Of a DNA stretch of 64,000 bases, positions 1 through 12,590 are shown one piece after another. How positions within the stretch are numbered: the first letter of the stretch is position 1; every line of letters begins with the position of its first letter. This DNA is from Felis catus. Its lineage: Eukaryota. The position numbers were made by a program, and so were the translations under genes. The stretch spans positions 213,902,001-213,966,000 of the forward strand of contig NC_058368.1 in assembly GCF_018350175.1 (NCBI RefSeq), given 5' to 3'. The notes beneath the pieces were generated by a model. That model had not been told where the DNA came from. It saw only the letters and a program-made list of their open reading frames with translations, and did not search any database.

Positions 1-900
1 TGACAGTCATGGCAGGGGTTTTGGAAGAACAGAGAGAAGAAGAGAAACACTGGCACTGGGCCCTGAGAGTGGGAAGGATTTATATATGTGGGGAGAGGAA
101 GAAATGTGTTCCTGAGGGCCATGTACATAGTTAGGAACCCAGACTGCCCTGATAGAACTTACAGTTCTGAGGTGCAGGCAAACATGAAAGGTGGAATTAA
201 TTGTGAATTGGAATTACTGTAGGAGCTGCCAAGAAGAAGCACAGAGTGTGAGAGCAGGGAGCCTGACAAAGCCCTGGTAGGTTGGTAATAGTGATTGTAG
301 AAAGGCCAGCAGTGGCGTTATTATTGTAGCCAGGGGAGAAACAATGATGTGAAGTGGATGAACTCCGGAAGTATTTATGAAGTAGAAGTGATGGGAATTT
401 AAAATAAATTTTTGGCTAAGGGGGATAAGGGAGGAGAAGTTGTCAGATAATTCCCTGGTGTATGACTTGAGGAACAATACATGTTATTATCTATTGAGAT
501 AGGCAACACTGAAACGGGAGCCAGTGGTATTGTCTTGGCGGGGAAGGTCATTAATTCCTTTTGGGACATGTTATGTTGAATTTGCAGAGTCTCTGCTGAG
601 TGTGGAGGAAGGTGAAGACAGGGAGATACTGGTGCAGGTGGAGAAAATGTGGGGTGTGTGGGTGGGATGACATGGCAAAGTTCACACTTTTGGGGAGCCT
701 GAGCGAGGACATAATGGCAAACGTTTAAACAATGGGATGTTGAGTTGGTCATTCTCGAGGAACAGCTTTAGGGAGTGACAGAGTCCAGGGACTGAGACAG
801 GGGAAGAGGAGTGTATTGGCCTTGAGGAGTCTTAGGTGTTACAGAGAACTCAACGTTAGATGGGTGGAATATTCCTGTGGCTGAAGGGGTCTGTCAGTTG
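1..900 (-). mobile_element. Degenerate LINE-2-like fragment
   Basis: Purine-rich decayed sequence with L2-like phrases (e.g. gggaagg...ttttgggacatgttatgttgaa); boundaries approximate. Confidence 0.5.
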
Positions 901-990
901 CTCTTGAAGATGATCAGGCATTGTGAAACCCAGCTTATGGTGAGTTTTTAGTTCTTTTTCCCTTTTCTCTTTTTCTTTCCTCCCACAAAG

Positions 991-1824
991 TCATAGAATG
1001 TCGTTCCACCCAGGACGAGGGTGTCCCCGAGGGCGAGGAGGACATGGAGCCAGACCCTCAGCCCCAGCCTTCAGGCCCCAAAATCTGAGACTACTTCACC
1101 CTCAGCAGCCTCCTGTGCAATATCAATACGAACCTCCAAGTGCCCCTTCCACCACATTCTCGAACTCTCCAGCTCCCAGTTTTCTCCCTCCACGACCAGA
1201 CTTTGTACCCTTCCCTCCACCCATGCCTCCATCAGCGCAAGGCCCTCTTCCCCCCTGCCCTATACGACCCCCCTTCCCCAACCACCAGATGAGGCCCCCC
1301 TTCCCAGTGCCTCCCTGTTTTCCTCCTATGCCGCCTCCGATGCCCTGTCCTAATAACCCCCCAGTCCCTGGAGCACCTCCAGGACAAGGCACTTTCCCCT
1401 TCATGATGCCCCCTCCTTCCATGCCCCATCCCCCACCACCTCCAGTCATGCCACAGCAGGTCAATTATCAGTACCCTCCAGGATACTCACACCATAATTT
1501 CCCACCTCCCAATTTTAACAGCTTCCAGAACAACCCCAGTTCTTTCCCACCCAGTGCTAATAACAGCAATAGTCCTCATTTTAGGCACCTCCCTCCATAC
1601 CCACTCCCAAAGGCTCCCAGTGAGAGAAGGTCCCCAGAAAGGCTCAAGCACTACGAGGATCACAGGCACCGGGATCACAGTCACGGGCGAGGTGAGCGGC
1701 ATCGGTCCCTAGATAGGCGGGAACGAGGCCGAAGTCCTGACAGAAGAAGACAAGATAGCCGCTACAGATCAGATTATGACCGAGGGAGGACGCCGTCGCG
1801 TCACCGGAGCTATGAGCGGAGCAG
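991..1824 (+). CDS. DROSHA: DROSHA coding exon, 834 nt, Pro-rich N-terminus and start of the RS-rich region
   Basis: Pyrimidine tract then acaaag|T CAT AGA ATG; translates HRMSFHPGRGCPRG...RHRSYERSR; donor AG|gtaaag. Confidence 0.98.
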
Positions 1825-2506
1825 GTAAAGCACAAACAACGTGTGTTTTTAATGAACTGCAGAGGTCCAGACACGGGCCATTTGTATTCCGCAAACCAGA
1901 CCAAAAAAGTTCAACAGTGCATTTTGATTTATAAAGGGAAGAATACATGCTATGGGCTGTTTTAAAGAGGGACAGACAACTGACATGTCAGAAAAAGCCA
2001 CTTTTGAAAAGCATTTCAAAATTAATGTAAACTCATTTCAATGAGTGTAAGCTGATTACGCTGTATAATACAGCTGACATTTTAATGGTGATCTAATGAA
2101 AGTTCATTAGATTTTTCGCATGTTTTTTGCATTATCGTATTTACTTTTGTTGTATGATCACCGTGTCAGCTTACAGCACCTGAGTTCTTTTGGAATTGAC
2201 CTGTGTATGTTATCAATTAGGAATCAAAGTAGTGAAGCAGAACTTGCTTTCTGGTTTTTAGGGTAAGTGGGAGTTTATTGTACGCAATTGCCTTCTTGCT
2301 TTGTTTCCTTGTAAAATGCAATGACATTGGTTACACATCAAAGTTTTCAAAATAGCTTTTAACCTGTTTTGTTGCATTGAAGTGTATTCATACTGAAGAA
2401 AGTTATATTTTAAAAATACCGTTTTATTCCAGATTACATGTTTTTTTTTCCCCAAAAGACCAAATATGTACATATATAAGGAAGTAAGGTTTCCAGCAGA
2501 TACTTC

Positions 2507-2725
2507 TTTTTTTGTTTAAAATTTTTTTTATGTTTATTTATTTTTGAGAGACAGAGACAGAGCATGAGCGGCAGAGGGGGAGAGAGGGAGACACATAATT
2601 CATAGTAGGCTCCAGGCTCTATGTTGTCAGCACAGAGCCTGATGTGGGGCCTGAACCCATGAACTGTGAGACCATGACCTGAGCCGAAGTTGGATGTTTA
2701 ACCTCCTGAGCCACCCAGGTGCCCC
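2507..2725 (-). mobile_element. CanSINE (SINEC, tRNA-derived)
   Basis: Poly-T, (GA)n, ...tgagccacccaggtgcccc; degenerate TSD tccagcag..a.ttct. Confidence 0.95.
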
Positions 2726-4814
2726 TCCAGCAGGCATTTCTAAACTGAGATTCATAGATGGGTTTGTAGAAATGTTCTGAAATTAATATGCAGCATTTTA
2801 TATGTATGCATGTTTTTCTGTAATTAAATTGGTAGCTTACAGCAGAATCTCGAGGTGGTGTGAATCTATTTCTTCAAAACTCTAAGAACTATTGGTGTAG
2901 ATGGAAAATACAAATCTACATATTTTTTGTAGATAACGATCGTACCAATTAATTTGTACCTTTGGCAAACTCTTTGTATCGTTGGAGTTTTCCAGAGGTG
3001 GAGCTAGTAGTGGTGCTTCTCTTTCTGTCCCATAAGGTGTGTTTACCTTCATTGTCCTGTGGCACTTCTGTGCTAATCTGTGGCATCACTTTGCTTCTTG
3101 GTTTCCATGTTTTTCTCATGGCTGTTGGCTTGATTCTGACTGAACATTTTGCCAGTAAGTGGTGGTGGTCATTCTCAGTCCTGAAGGAAGTTACTAATGC
3201 TTGGAGGGTTGGAAAGAAAATGTGTTGTGTCCTCTCCCTGACGCCCAGTGGAAGATGGAAGGGAACTTGCTTCCTGCAGGGATGACTGATTTCTGGTGGG
3301 CCAGAGCTGACTGAAGTTGGTGGACTTTAAAAAATATTTTCAGCATGAGTTATGTCTCTGGTCAATTTTGTCCTTAATTATTCTGTGATGGGTTAATTAG
3401 CAGAGGCTGTGATAGTTTATTTTATAATTTTGTGGCGAAAATCTGATCTGAAAAGTGTTTGTTAATAGTTTTCTGTAAACCTTACAATGATGATAATCCT
3501 TTTTCTGGGGAGACACTTTGTTGCAAACTTTAGCATTCTAGAAGGCACTTTTTTTCCTTTTTGGGGTGCTGCACTTAAAGGAGTTTTTAGGGTTCTGCTG
3601 TAAAACATTCTGTAAAATTCTTCCATAAAAAAATTCTTGCATCAGATTTTAATTTGGGGCTATGTATTTGTTTAAAGAAATTCATGTCCTGTCAACTGAG
3701 GATCTCTATCAGTAAGTGAAATTAAGTGCTGAGAATTACCACCAATCTTCGTTATCCTAAACCATAACTCCTTTACTGTGAAGGACCTATTTAGGCAGTT
3801 AGCTCATCTTTCTAAATGGCCTTTATTTATGTTGGAGTTGTTTTGTAACATCCTTGGGGGTGTTTGTCCTGGAGCTGCCCCAGTGTCATGGCCACATTAT
3901 AATCGGCTCCCTTTGAGGTCTTACGTAGAGTGCCAGTCACCTGTCTTATATGGAATGTTTTTGTGAAATAAAAATGGGGTGTGTGAAGTTCCAGTGTAAC
4001 TGCTAGAAGTATATTGGAGAAAACCAAAACTTCACAAATCTGTGCATTAAATTGTGTTGAGTTTATTCATATTCTATAGTCTGTCCTCTGGCTACTTGTC
4101 CCCTTATTCCTTAGGATAAGTCAGTCCATCCTTTTTCAGATTCCATCTTTCTTCTTTTTCTTCTCCTCCAAAATGTGCTTGAATAGTAATTACCAGATTG
4201 TTTTAGGACAAACTGTTTTTAGAGGAAGTTTGTGAAGAAGTGGATCTATGTATTTGTTATTATGAAAGATCAAAATTACTATGGGGAATGGGAAAAGAAA
4301 CAGCCATAGATGCAGTGCACTGAGCACGCTGTTTTGCAGTGTGGTGGGACTGGTGCAATGGCTTCCTATAACTGAGTGGTGTTAGAGCACAACAATCCCC
4401 GTAGCTGGCCTGTTGAGTACAGTGTGTAGCCATCAGAGAGCTAGTATTATATACCTTATATATCTCAGTGCCTGCAGCTAAGGAAGAGTCTTTGGAAGAG
4501 TAACCCAAACATTGTTTTTCTTGCTCTAAATGGGTTCATTACATAGTGTTAACTAATGTGGTTTGTAACCAAATTGGCCTTTTCAGTTCATACCAACTCA
4601 GAGGTAGCAGTCATTATCAGAAGTGTCATTCTCAAATGCAAAATTCTATTGCCTAGATGTTAAAATACAAACAAAAATCAAGAGTGTCCTTTCAATAGAG
4701 TTTGATTTGGAAATTATTATTATTGGCAATTATTCTCATCTGCCATCAGTACACATATCTGTTGTGTGTTACCACTCACTAGTTGGGATTTTACTGCTTA
4801 AAAGTAAACTGTAA

Positions 4815-4923
4815 TTTTTTTAATTTATTTTTTAAGTGACCTCTGCATGCACTGTGGGGCTTAAACTTACAACCCAGAGATCAAGAGTTGTATACTCTAT
4901 GCACTGAGCCTGCCAGGCGCCCC
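4815..4923 (-). mobile_element. Short CanSINE (lacks the CT-repeat region)
   Basis: ...gagatcaagagt...actgagcctgccaggcgcccc; TSD agtaaactgtaatttt on both sides. Confidence 0.9.
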
Positions 4924-5547
4924 AGTAAACTGTAATTTTAGAAGTGTATCAGATAAAGAATGTAGAATCCCAAGCTCTGGCCACTTTATTTTAGACAGCT
5001 GGTGTGTCCCTGAGGCTTATGTATATGGTAAAAGTATCATTCAGTGGAATCTTTCTTGAGGAGGGAGTGACCTTTAAGTGAAAAAACATTTCCTGTTTTA
5101 ATATCTAAACAGTTACATTTTTCTATCAGTTTTGTAAGTTTTGATTTTCAGTGTATTTATATTTCTTCTATTTGGCTATAGGTTGGGGGATATTTTTGAT
5201 TTCAGACATTTTTATAGTCTTCTTGCTGGACTCAGGCTAATACATTTTTTTTACATGCTGAAATGGGGTGGTTATTTCCCTTAGACTTAGTTGTGATTGA
5301 CACACACTAGAGTTCCAGTTTTGTTCAAGATCTTCATTGTACTTATTAAATAGACTCAGACATTATTATTGTTATTACTAAATTCCCGTTTTACATTGAA
5401 AGGTTTTAAAATCCCCTATTTTATTTTACATTGTGTAAACTGTGTCTCTATTTAGAGTTGTTTTCAGATTAAAACACTATTTAAAGGTAAAGTGACTTAC
5501 AGTCTCATGGCAGTTAATGAATGATACCTAGAACTATAACTCAGGCC

Positions 5548-5750
5548 TTTTTTTTTAATGTTTTTATTTATTTTTGAGCGAGAGATATAACACGTGTGGG
5601 GGAGGGGCAGAGAGAGAAGGAGACAGAGGATCCAAAGTGGGATCTGTGCTGACAGCAGAGATCCCGATGTGGGGCTCCAACTCACAAACTGCAAGATCAT
5701 GACCTGAGCCGAAGTCAGATGCTTAACCTACTGAGCCACTCGGGCGCCCC
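5548..5750 (-). mobile_element. CanSINE
   Basis: tttatttatttttgag...gacctgagccgaagtcagatgcttaacc...gggcgcccc. Confidence 0.95.
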
Positions 5751-6187
5751 CAGAGTTTAGAACCTTAGCTTAATTTTTACTATAAAAGCTTTAATTTACA
5801 TTTATTTGATGGATGAAATTTAGAATTTTCTAGCAATCACTAGGTAGTAGAGTCCTTTAAAGTTTTACCTATAGGTTACATAAAAGAATTGGCTGCTTGG
5901 AAGGTCTGGAGAGAAGATTATGATAAATCCCCTTGTTGCTTAGCATCAAGTATGACTTCTTTCTTCAAAGAAAACAACAAAAAATGTCCAAGTTAGTTAA
6001 CTTCTGTAAAGAAAAAAACCTCTGTTATCCTTTAATAAATGATGAATAAAAATGTCCCATTGAGAATAGTGCCAGAAAAATTCTTAGGTGAGGTCCATTT
6101 ATTTAGAAGATGAATTTATTCAGTGAAAAGAGATGGTGTTTTTGAGTCTTTCTGTTGAAAACAGCTCTGTGTATTAATTCCTTTAAG

Positions 6188-6280
6188 AGAGCGGGAACGG
6201 GAGAGACACAGGCACCGGGACAGCCGAAGATCACCATCTCTGGAAAGGTCCTACAAAAAAGAGTATAAGAGATCTGGAAG
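6188..6280 (+). CDS. DROSHA: DROSHA coding exon, 93 nt, RS-rich (ERERERHRHRDSRRSPSLERSYKKEYKRSG)
   Basis: ctttaag|A GAG CGG...GGA AG|gtaagc; phase 2-2. Confidence 0.97.
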
Positions 6281-6571
6281 GTAAGCAAGGAGTTGACACT
6301 GAAAGAAGTCATAGGCTTATCTCCTTGAATTTAGGTTTTGTGCTTCTGCAAACATCACCAAGTCTTCAAAATAGCCTAAGAGTCTGTCCAAAATGCCCTA
6401 TGAAAAGCTAAAACAGCCAGTAACTTAAAAACCTTTACTTTCAAGATGTATTGATGATGCACAAGGAAAATTTTGATAAATTTCCAAAAGTTAGAAATTA
6501 TACAAGCCATTTTTTCTGACCTCAGTTGCTATAAAACTGTATATGTTAATAATTCAAGGTTTTTAAAGTTG

Positions 6572-6775
6572 TTTTTTTTTTTTTTTTTTTTTGAGAGAGA
6601 GAGGAAGAGTACGAGTTGGGGAGGGGCAGAGAGGGAGAGACAGAATCCCAAGCAGGCTCTGTGCTATCAGCGCAGAGCCTGACGCAGGGCTTGAACCCAT
6701 GAACCCCCGTGAGATCATGACCTGAGCTGAAATCAAGAGTTGGGTGCTCAGCCAGTTGAGCCACCCAGGCACTCC
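6572..6775 (-). mobile_element. CanSINE
   Basis: T21 tail and typical body; TSD-like taattcaagg.ttt. Confidence 0.95.
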
Positions 6776-6964
6776 AGTAATTCAAGGCTTTAAAAAGAAA
6801 CCTTGGAAATTCATAATTATGCTCTCAAATTTACTTGTTTCAGAAAAAAAAGAGTAAAACTGCAGCCATACTTTATTTAGAAGAACGACATTGACATTGT
6901 TGTAAACCAAAACTTACAGGGTGTAACCAGTTCTATACTGAGAGGTAAAATCATGGTCTTATGT

Positions 6965-7190
6965 AATGGTAATTAAAAACAGCGCTCTGGAATCTGACAG
7001 ATTTGGGGTCAGTTATTTTCCCAATTTGGATATTAGGCAGAGTTATCTAACCTTTTTAAGCCTCAATGTCTTTGTCTAAAATAAGAGCAGTTTTACTTGC
7101 CTTTTTGCATGGTAAGGAGACGTTGAGAGAATACATGTAAAAACACTTAGAACTGGGTCCAAAGTTAGTGCCAAATGAATGGTAACTATG
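6965..7190 (+). mobile_element. MIR
   Basis: gctctggaatctgacagatttggg...ggcagagttatctaacc...gcctcaatgtctttgtctaaaataag core. Confidence 0.7.
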
Positions 7191-7208
7191 TATGTGTGTG
7201 TATATATA

Positions 7209-7245
<37 letters not shown>
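7190..7245. repeat. (TG)n/(TA)n microsatellite
   Basis: Directly visible. Confidence 0.95.
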
Positions 7246-7246
<1 letters not shown>

Positions 7247-8239
7247 GGTTAAAGTTATATTAATATGTATAAATATGCATATCTAATTACTGTCTGATCA
7301 CTTGGCTCTACAAACTGGTAGAGTATAAGAAAAGCAGAAAAAAGGATTTAAAGATAAAAAGAAATTAATGAAATAGGAAAAAGAACTATAATACTGTAGC
7401 AGTATTTGAAAATAAATGCAAGACTTCTTTGAAAGGTTATATATACAGTTCAAAAAGTGGCAAATCTGGAAAAGAAAAACATACATTCCATTAGGTATAA
7501 GAAAGAATGTATCATAAGAATGAAGGGGATTTAAAAAGTATAATATGTTGGTATAAGTACAGATACTATATTTACAAAATTAAAAAACTTGGATGTGATG
7601 GTTGATTTCTATGAAAGCAAAAATTACAAACTTCACACAAGCAGAAAGTTTTAATAGGCTAATAACTATGGAAAAAATGGAAAAAGTTGGATTTTTACCA
7701 CTTCCAAAAATGTATTAAACTGTTCTAGGATACTGATGAAGATGGAAGGGAAAACAGAGATGGCAAAACCTAACCCAATGTAGAAAACTATAAAACAATC
7801 TGTTATGAATATGGCTATGAAAATTTTCAGTAGTGTGTTAAAGTAACAGTTTATTCCAAGATTGCATGGGTAAATAGGTTAGTATCAGGACATCTATAAT
7901 TAATTCTTTGTGTCAAAATCTGTAGAGTTATCTCTGTACCTGTCTATTAGATATTTAAAATAGAACCAGCATCCTTTTATAAATAGAACTTTGGTAAACT
8001 AGGCATAAAAGCAGACTTTTTTAACATGATAAAAGAATATAGAATATTCTTAGAATACTCATAGAATATTACCTTATGAATATGATTGATACCATTTCAG
8101 AAGAGTCATATTTAATGTTGAAACCTTTCAGGCCTTCCCATACAAGTTAGAAAAAGGATTGAGGCTCCATTGTCTATCCCTGTCACCTAACATTGTATAA
8201 CTGAATGTTATACAATTCAGTTCTTCTTGAAGTGAATGA

Positions 8240-9100
8240 AAAACAGTGCATTCTCGTGTGTGCCAGGTATTGTACCGGTGTGAGTGAAAACATTCACAAG
8301 AGTCCCCACTTTACAGGCATAAGAAAGTTAAGTGCTATGAGGAGTACTTCTGATAGAACAATTACATGTGGTTCTGGGAACACAGCAGCGAAAGCTCAGT
8401 CTTGGGTAGTCAGAAATTGGTAGAGAAATTGGTATCTTACCTTTTTAATAATTGGTACTTGAAGTGTGTGTAGGAATGCATTAGAGAAGGGGATGGTGAA
8501 GGGAGAAAAAAGAGCACATGGGAAGGTTGCAGTGTGGAGAAGTGGCTCTGAGAGGGTCAAGCCTGGAGCTTGGGAAATAAGTTTAGACAGCTTTTGTAGT
8601 GATCCATACAAGAAGTGATTATGCCTACATCAGCTCAGTGACAGTGGTAATGGGGAATGGTAGAAGTAACTGAGAGGTGTTTGTGAGATCGAGTCAGTAG
8701 GATAACTGATGGTGAGGGAAGAGCAGTCAGCACCTGAGATCTGGTGGCCCCCACTGGGGGTGGGGAGCACTAAGAAAGATGCAAGGTGAGTACAGTTTGG
8801 GCATGTGGAATATAAGAATCTGTGAGACAACCAGGTGAAGTTGTGCGGCAGTTTATTGGTTACACAGGTGTAAAGCCCAGAAAAGAGATCCCAGCTGGAA
8901 ATACTAAATGCCAAGGATAGATGAGATTAGCTAGAGTTTGTTCAGTGAGAAAGGGCCTGAAGAGGAGATAAGGGTAGGAAAAAAAGCCAGACACTGTGTT
9001 GGTAGATATTACTGAGGACCCATTTCAGGTTGGTGATTTTTAATGTAGAGTGCTGGAAACATCTTCAGTCTAGTGGTTTTCTTCTCCTGTGCCCAGTAGC
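8240..9100 (-). mobile_element. LINE-2-like fragment
   Basis: tgtgccaggtattgt..., tttgggcatgtggaatat...gtgagacaaccaggtgaag L2-like phrases. Confidence 0.6.
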
Positions 9101-9469
9101 TTGTGGGGAAGGCAGAAACTTGGATTCTGTGAGTTCCAACTAATGCAGTGGATGAGAAAATTAAAATCATAGATGTACATACTGCAAAGGAAGAAAAGTT
9201 ATCATAGCCTGTACTATAACTTATTGTTAAGAAACAATTTGTAGTTTGAATTTTGAAGTTTGGAGTGCCTGAGACACTTAGCTAAAAAAGATGTTTTGCC
9301 CCTGTTTTGAAATGACCCTCTCAAAATCTTAAAAAAAAAAGAAAAAGAAAAAGAACATTAATTGATATTCACAACAGACAACCCTGGCCATCCATCATTC
9401 AAGACACCTGCCTTAAGAGAAATGGAGTGAGGATATTTTTGCCCATGTTTCTTGACAATAATAGTAAAC

Positions 9470-9695
9470 ATTTCATGGGCTTTTAGTACAGGTCAAAATG
9501 TCTGTGTTAGACAACCATATTAGCATTTAACTACCACTTTAATAGCTTGGGAATATGGGTAAGTGATGCAGTTTCTAATTCTGTTTCCTCTGTAGGAGAT
9601 GTTCATATCTGCCTCATAGGATTCTTCTAAGGGTTAAATGTGAGTGTCAGTAAAGTGCTTAGCAGAGTGTCAGGCTTGCAGTAAGCACTAAAATA
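9470..9695 (+). mobile_element. MIR
   Basis: ctgtttcctctgta...atctgcctcataggatt...gtaaagtgcttagcagagtgtcaggc...gtaagcact. Confidence 0.65.
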
Positions 9696-10625
9696 AACAT
9701 ACAAACCAAGCCGTACCAGTGGGAGCTAAGAGTTGCCATTATTAGCTAATGGTAGTAGCAGGAAAATTCAAGAGGATCAGCTAAGAAACTATGAGAATAA
9801 TTCACTGAAGTTGACACTTGTAAACAAACAAACAAAAAAATCAAAATTAATATCCTTCCTAAATACCAGAAACACCTAAGAAAATGTAATGGGGAAAAAA
9901 TATACGTTCACTACCGAAATTTTAATTAAAATAAAATATCTTGATAAGCTTAAAAAATACAGATCAGTGTGAAGAAAACTATCAGTGTAGCTGATGACAA
10001 GATGACGTAAATGAATGGAGGGCATGCTGTATTCCCATAGTGGAAGTAGAAGACAGTGTTGTAAAAATACCAGTTTTCTTCAAAATAATGTACAGTATAA
10101 TGTAACTTCAGTTGAACTGTGGGTTTTTAAACTTTATAATGATTTAAAATAGAAGTGAGAATAATGAAAAATAATAATGCAGGGATATTTGAGCAAAATT
10201 AAAATGTTCTATACCCATAATTATTAAAACAATTTGATATGGGTATAAAATATTCCAAATATTGAGCAACGTTCAAGTATATATAAAAAAATTTACCTCT
10301 GTCATAAAATTGTTTCAAATCAGAGGAGAAACTGATGTGGGGACAATTGACAAAACATATGGAGGAAGAAACTAAAGTTAGATTTATGCCTTATATCTTA
10401 GAGAGGTAGAATAAAAAAATTTAATGTTAAAAAATAACTGAAGAAAATAGAAAATATTTATTTAATTTTGGGATGGGAAAGGATTCCAAACATAACACTA
10501 AGGCAGGCAGTATAAACAAGATCTCTAGGTTTGGCCATGTAAGTCATATGTAGCAATAGACAGAATTAAAAGGAAAACAAAAAACTGAAAAAGGTTACAT
10601 TACATTTGACAGAAAGGCAGTTATC

Positions 10626-10801
10626 TTTTTATTATTTATTTTAATGTTCATTTATTTTTGAGAGAGAGAGAGAGAGAGAGACTGAGGATCTGAAGCAGAC
10701 TCTGTGCTGACAGCAGCGAGCCCGATATGGGGCTTGAACTCCGAACCATGAGACCATGAGCTGAGTTGGACGCTCAACTGATTGAGCCACCCAGGAACCC
10801 C
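10626..10801 (-). mobile_element. CanSINE
   Basis: (GA)n and body; TSD agaa.ggcagttatctt on both sides. Confidence 0.95.
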
Positions 10802-12246
10802 AGAAGGGCAGTTATCTTAATAAAAAACTTTTTCAATAAATAAAAAAGACTGTATTCCTAGTTTTAACAATACTGGCATAGCATATGACTTGGATGTTCA
10901 TAAATGAAGTGACCATGAAACGTTATTTCAATAGTGATAAAAAAAATTGCAAGTTAAATAAGACACTTCTTTCATTGGAATGGCAGAGATTAAAAACAGT
11001 CATGTTGACAGAATGTGTGGAAATGGGAACTCCCATATGGTTTTGATTTTAGTCTAGACTAGTACTACCTATCTATAGAGAAGCCTTAAAAAAAGTACAC
11101 ATTCTTTGTGTGAAATAATTTGACAGGTTGCAGAGAATGCAAGTGTGTTCACAGTGGCATTGTTTATGATGACAAAAAAAATAAATGGTAACCTTAATGA
11201 CTATGATCAGATTTGTTAAATTATGGCATACATGTGTAGATGAATAATACGCACCTATTAAAAGTGGTTCAGGAATGGATGCTTATTGAAGGGTATTCCT
11301 GATTTTCTTTTGAGAATGGCAGGCTATAGAGTTGTGTACTTTTTTGTTGTTGTTAAATGTGTGTATTTTTATGTATATATCGTCATATTTATAGGTTTTA
11401 ACCCATTTGTTAAATATAGCAGTTATTTCTTAGTGGTTTTATGGATGACGAGTTTGTTTTTTTTGTTGTTGTTGTTAATGCTTTATTTTTCTACAGTGGG
11501 CGTATATATATTTTACTTTACAGTAACTTTTCTGGTAACAAAATGTAATATTTAGAAGTTATATCAATAAGTAATCAATATATAATCTAATTACCCACCC
11601 TTTCCCCCTCGATGTATACACACCTACATACTCACACTTTCCCTGTCATAAAGTTAGAAGTTAGTGGTAGAGTTGATGAGAATAGTTAATTTGTGACTTT
11701 GATCCAGATGTGAGCTTTCTTGGATAATAGTGACTTTGTTAGTGTTGCTGCAGAGGATGCTACCATAATACTAATACAACAGTTTCTCTCCTTGGCTAGA
11801 TTCTCAGGGTGTGTATGGTTGCATTTAAATTTTTGGATGTCAAGTTAAAACCTGTACTTTAGGTTTTTGTCTCTAAACACATCCATAGGATAGGCCTTTG
11901 CACATGTTAAGCCCTAGAAATTCAAGGAGAGCGAGTTGTTTTTATCCTTTTTAAATGAATTAATATCAGTATTTGCAGGGATCAGAATTAGACAGAGTGG
12001 TGGTTCACTAAGTAGTAACCCAAGTCTGAGCTTCCACAGAGATGGTTAAGGATGATATAACTGATTTTCTCTTAGATTATGGTCCTCAAGCTAAATTTAT
12101 GGCCAAATTGAGACTGTGTTTTGTGAAGCCTTTTTTTTCCCCCTTGGCAAAGCAAGCTGTGGAGGCTTCAAAAGTAGTATTCTCATTGCTGAGATTGTCC
12201 ATATGTGGAGATTTTCAAATATTTCCGAAATATCTTTCTCTTCTAG

Positions 12247-12357
12247 GAGTTATGGTTTTCCAGTTGTCCCTGAACCTGCTGGATGCACACCAGAATTACC
12301 TGGGGAGATTATTAAAAATACAGATTCTTGGGCCCCACCCCCGGAGACTGTGAATCA
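12247..12357 (+). CDS. DROSHA: DROSHA coding exon, 111 nt, alternatively spliced in human (SYGFPVVPEPAGCTPELPGEIIKNTDSWAPPPETVN)
   Basis: ttctag|G AGT TAT...AAT CA|gtaagt; symmetric phase 2-2; overlaps a MER5-type element. Confidence 0.96.
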
Positions 12358-12453
12358 GTAAGTAGATCTGGGGTAGGGCCTGGGAATTTGTATTTTTAAA
12401 CAACTAACTTCAGGTGATTCTGATGCCACCAGACTAGTGTTTGGGAATCACTG
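12261..12453. mobile_element. MER5-type (MER5B/MER5A-like) hAT-Charlie MITE, partly exonised in DROSHA
   Basis: CAGT...CACTG termini; internal palindrome cagaattacctggggag...aaaaatacagattcttgggccccacccc / ggggtagggcctgggaatttgtattttt...caggtgattctgatgc matches the recalled MER5 consensus. Confidence 0.85.
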
Positions 12454-12590
12454 GTTTAACAAAAGTAAATATGTTGATTTGGTATGGCATTTTTATTTTA
12501 GGTGAAAAAATGAACTAAACAGGTGAAATAGAATAATCTTACAACATAAGAACATTTTAAATAATTAGCCTCTTTTACCTCCTTTTAAAG

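Larger units (their letters stand above)
6400..11550 (+). mobile_element. Highly decayed ancient L1 (L1M/L1ME-like) ORF2 to 3' remnants, interrupted by SINEs, MIRs and L2
   Basis: A-rich sense strand with colinear ORF2-like phrases at about 7500-8200 and 9750-11300; no open frame. Confidence 0.55.

Noticed and set aside
1021..1702. Overlapping alternative-frame and antisense Gly-rich ORFs
   Set aside because: Shadows of C-rich proline codons; no independent evidence
998..1828. 276-aa ORF as a standalone single-exon gene
   Set aside because: It is one DROSHA exon; the stop lies in the intron just after the donor at 1825
8034..8070. Short agaata(t/c) repeats
   Set aside because: Low-complexity slippage inside a decayed L1
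12042..12353. 103-aa ORF ending ...LLKIQILGPHPRRL
   Set aside because: Alternative-frame translation of the MER5 element, a common repeat-derived peptide artefact
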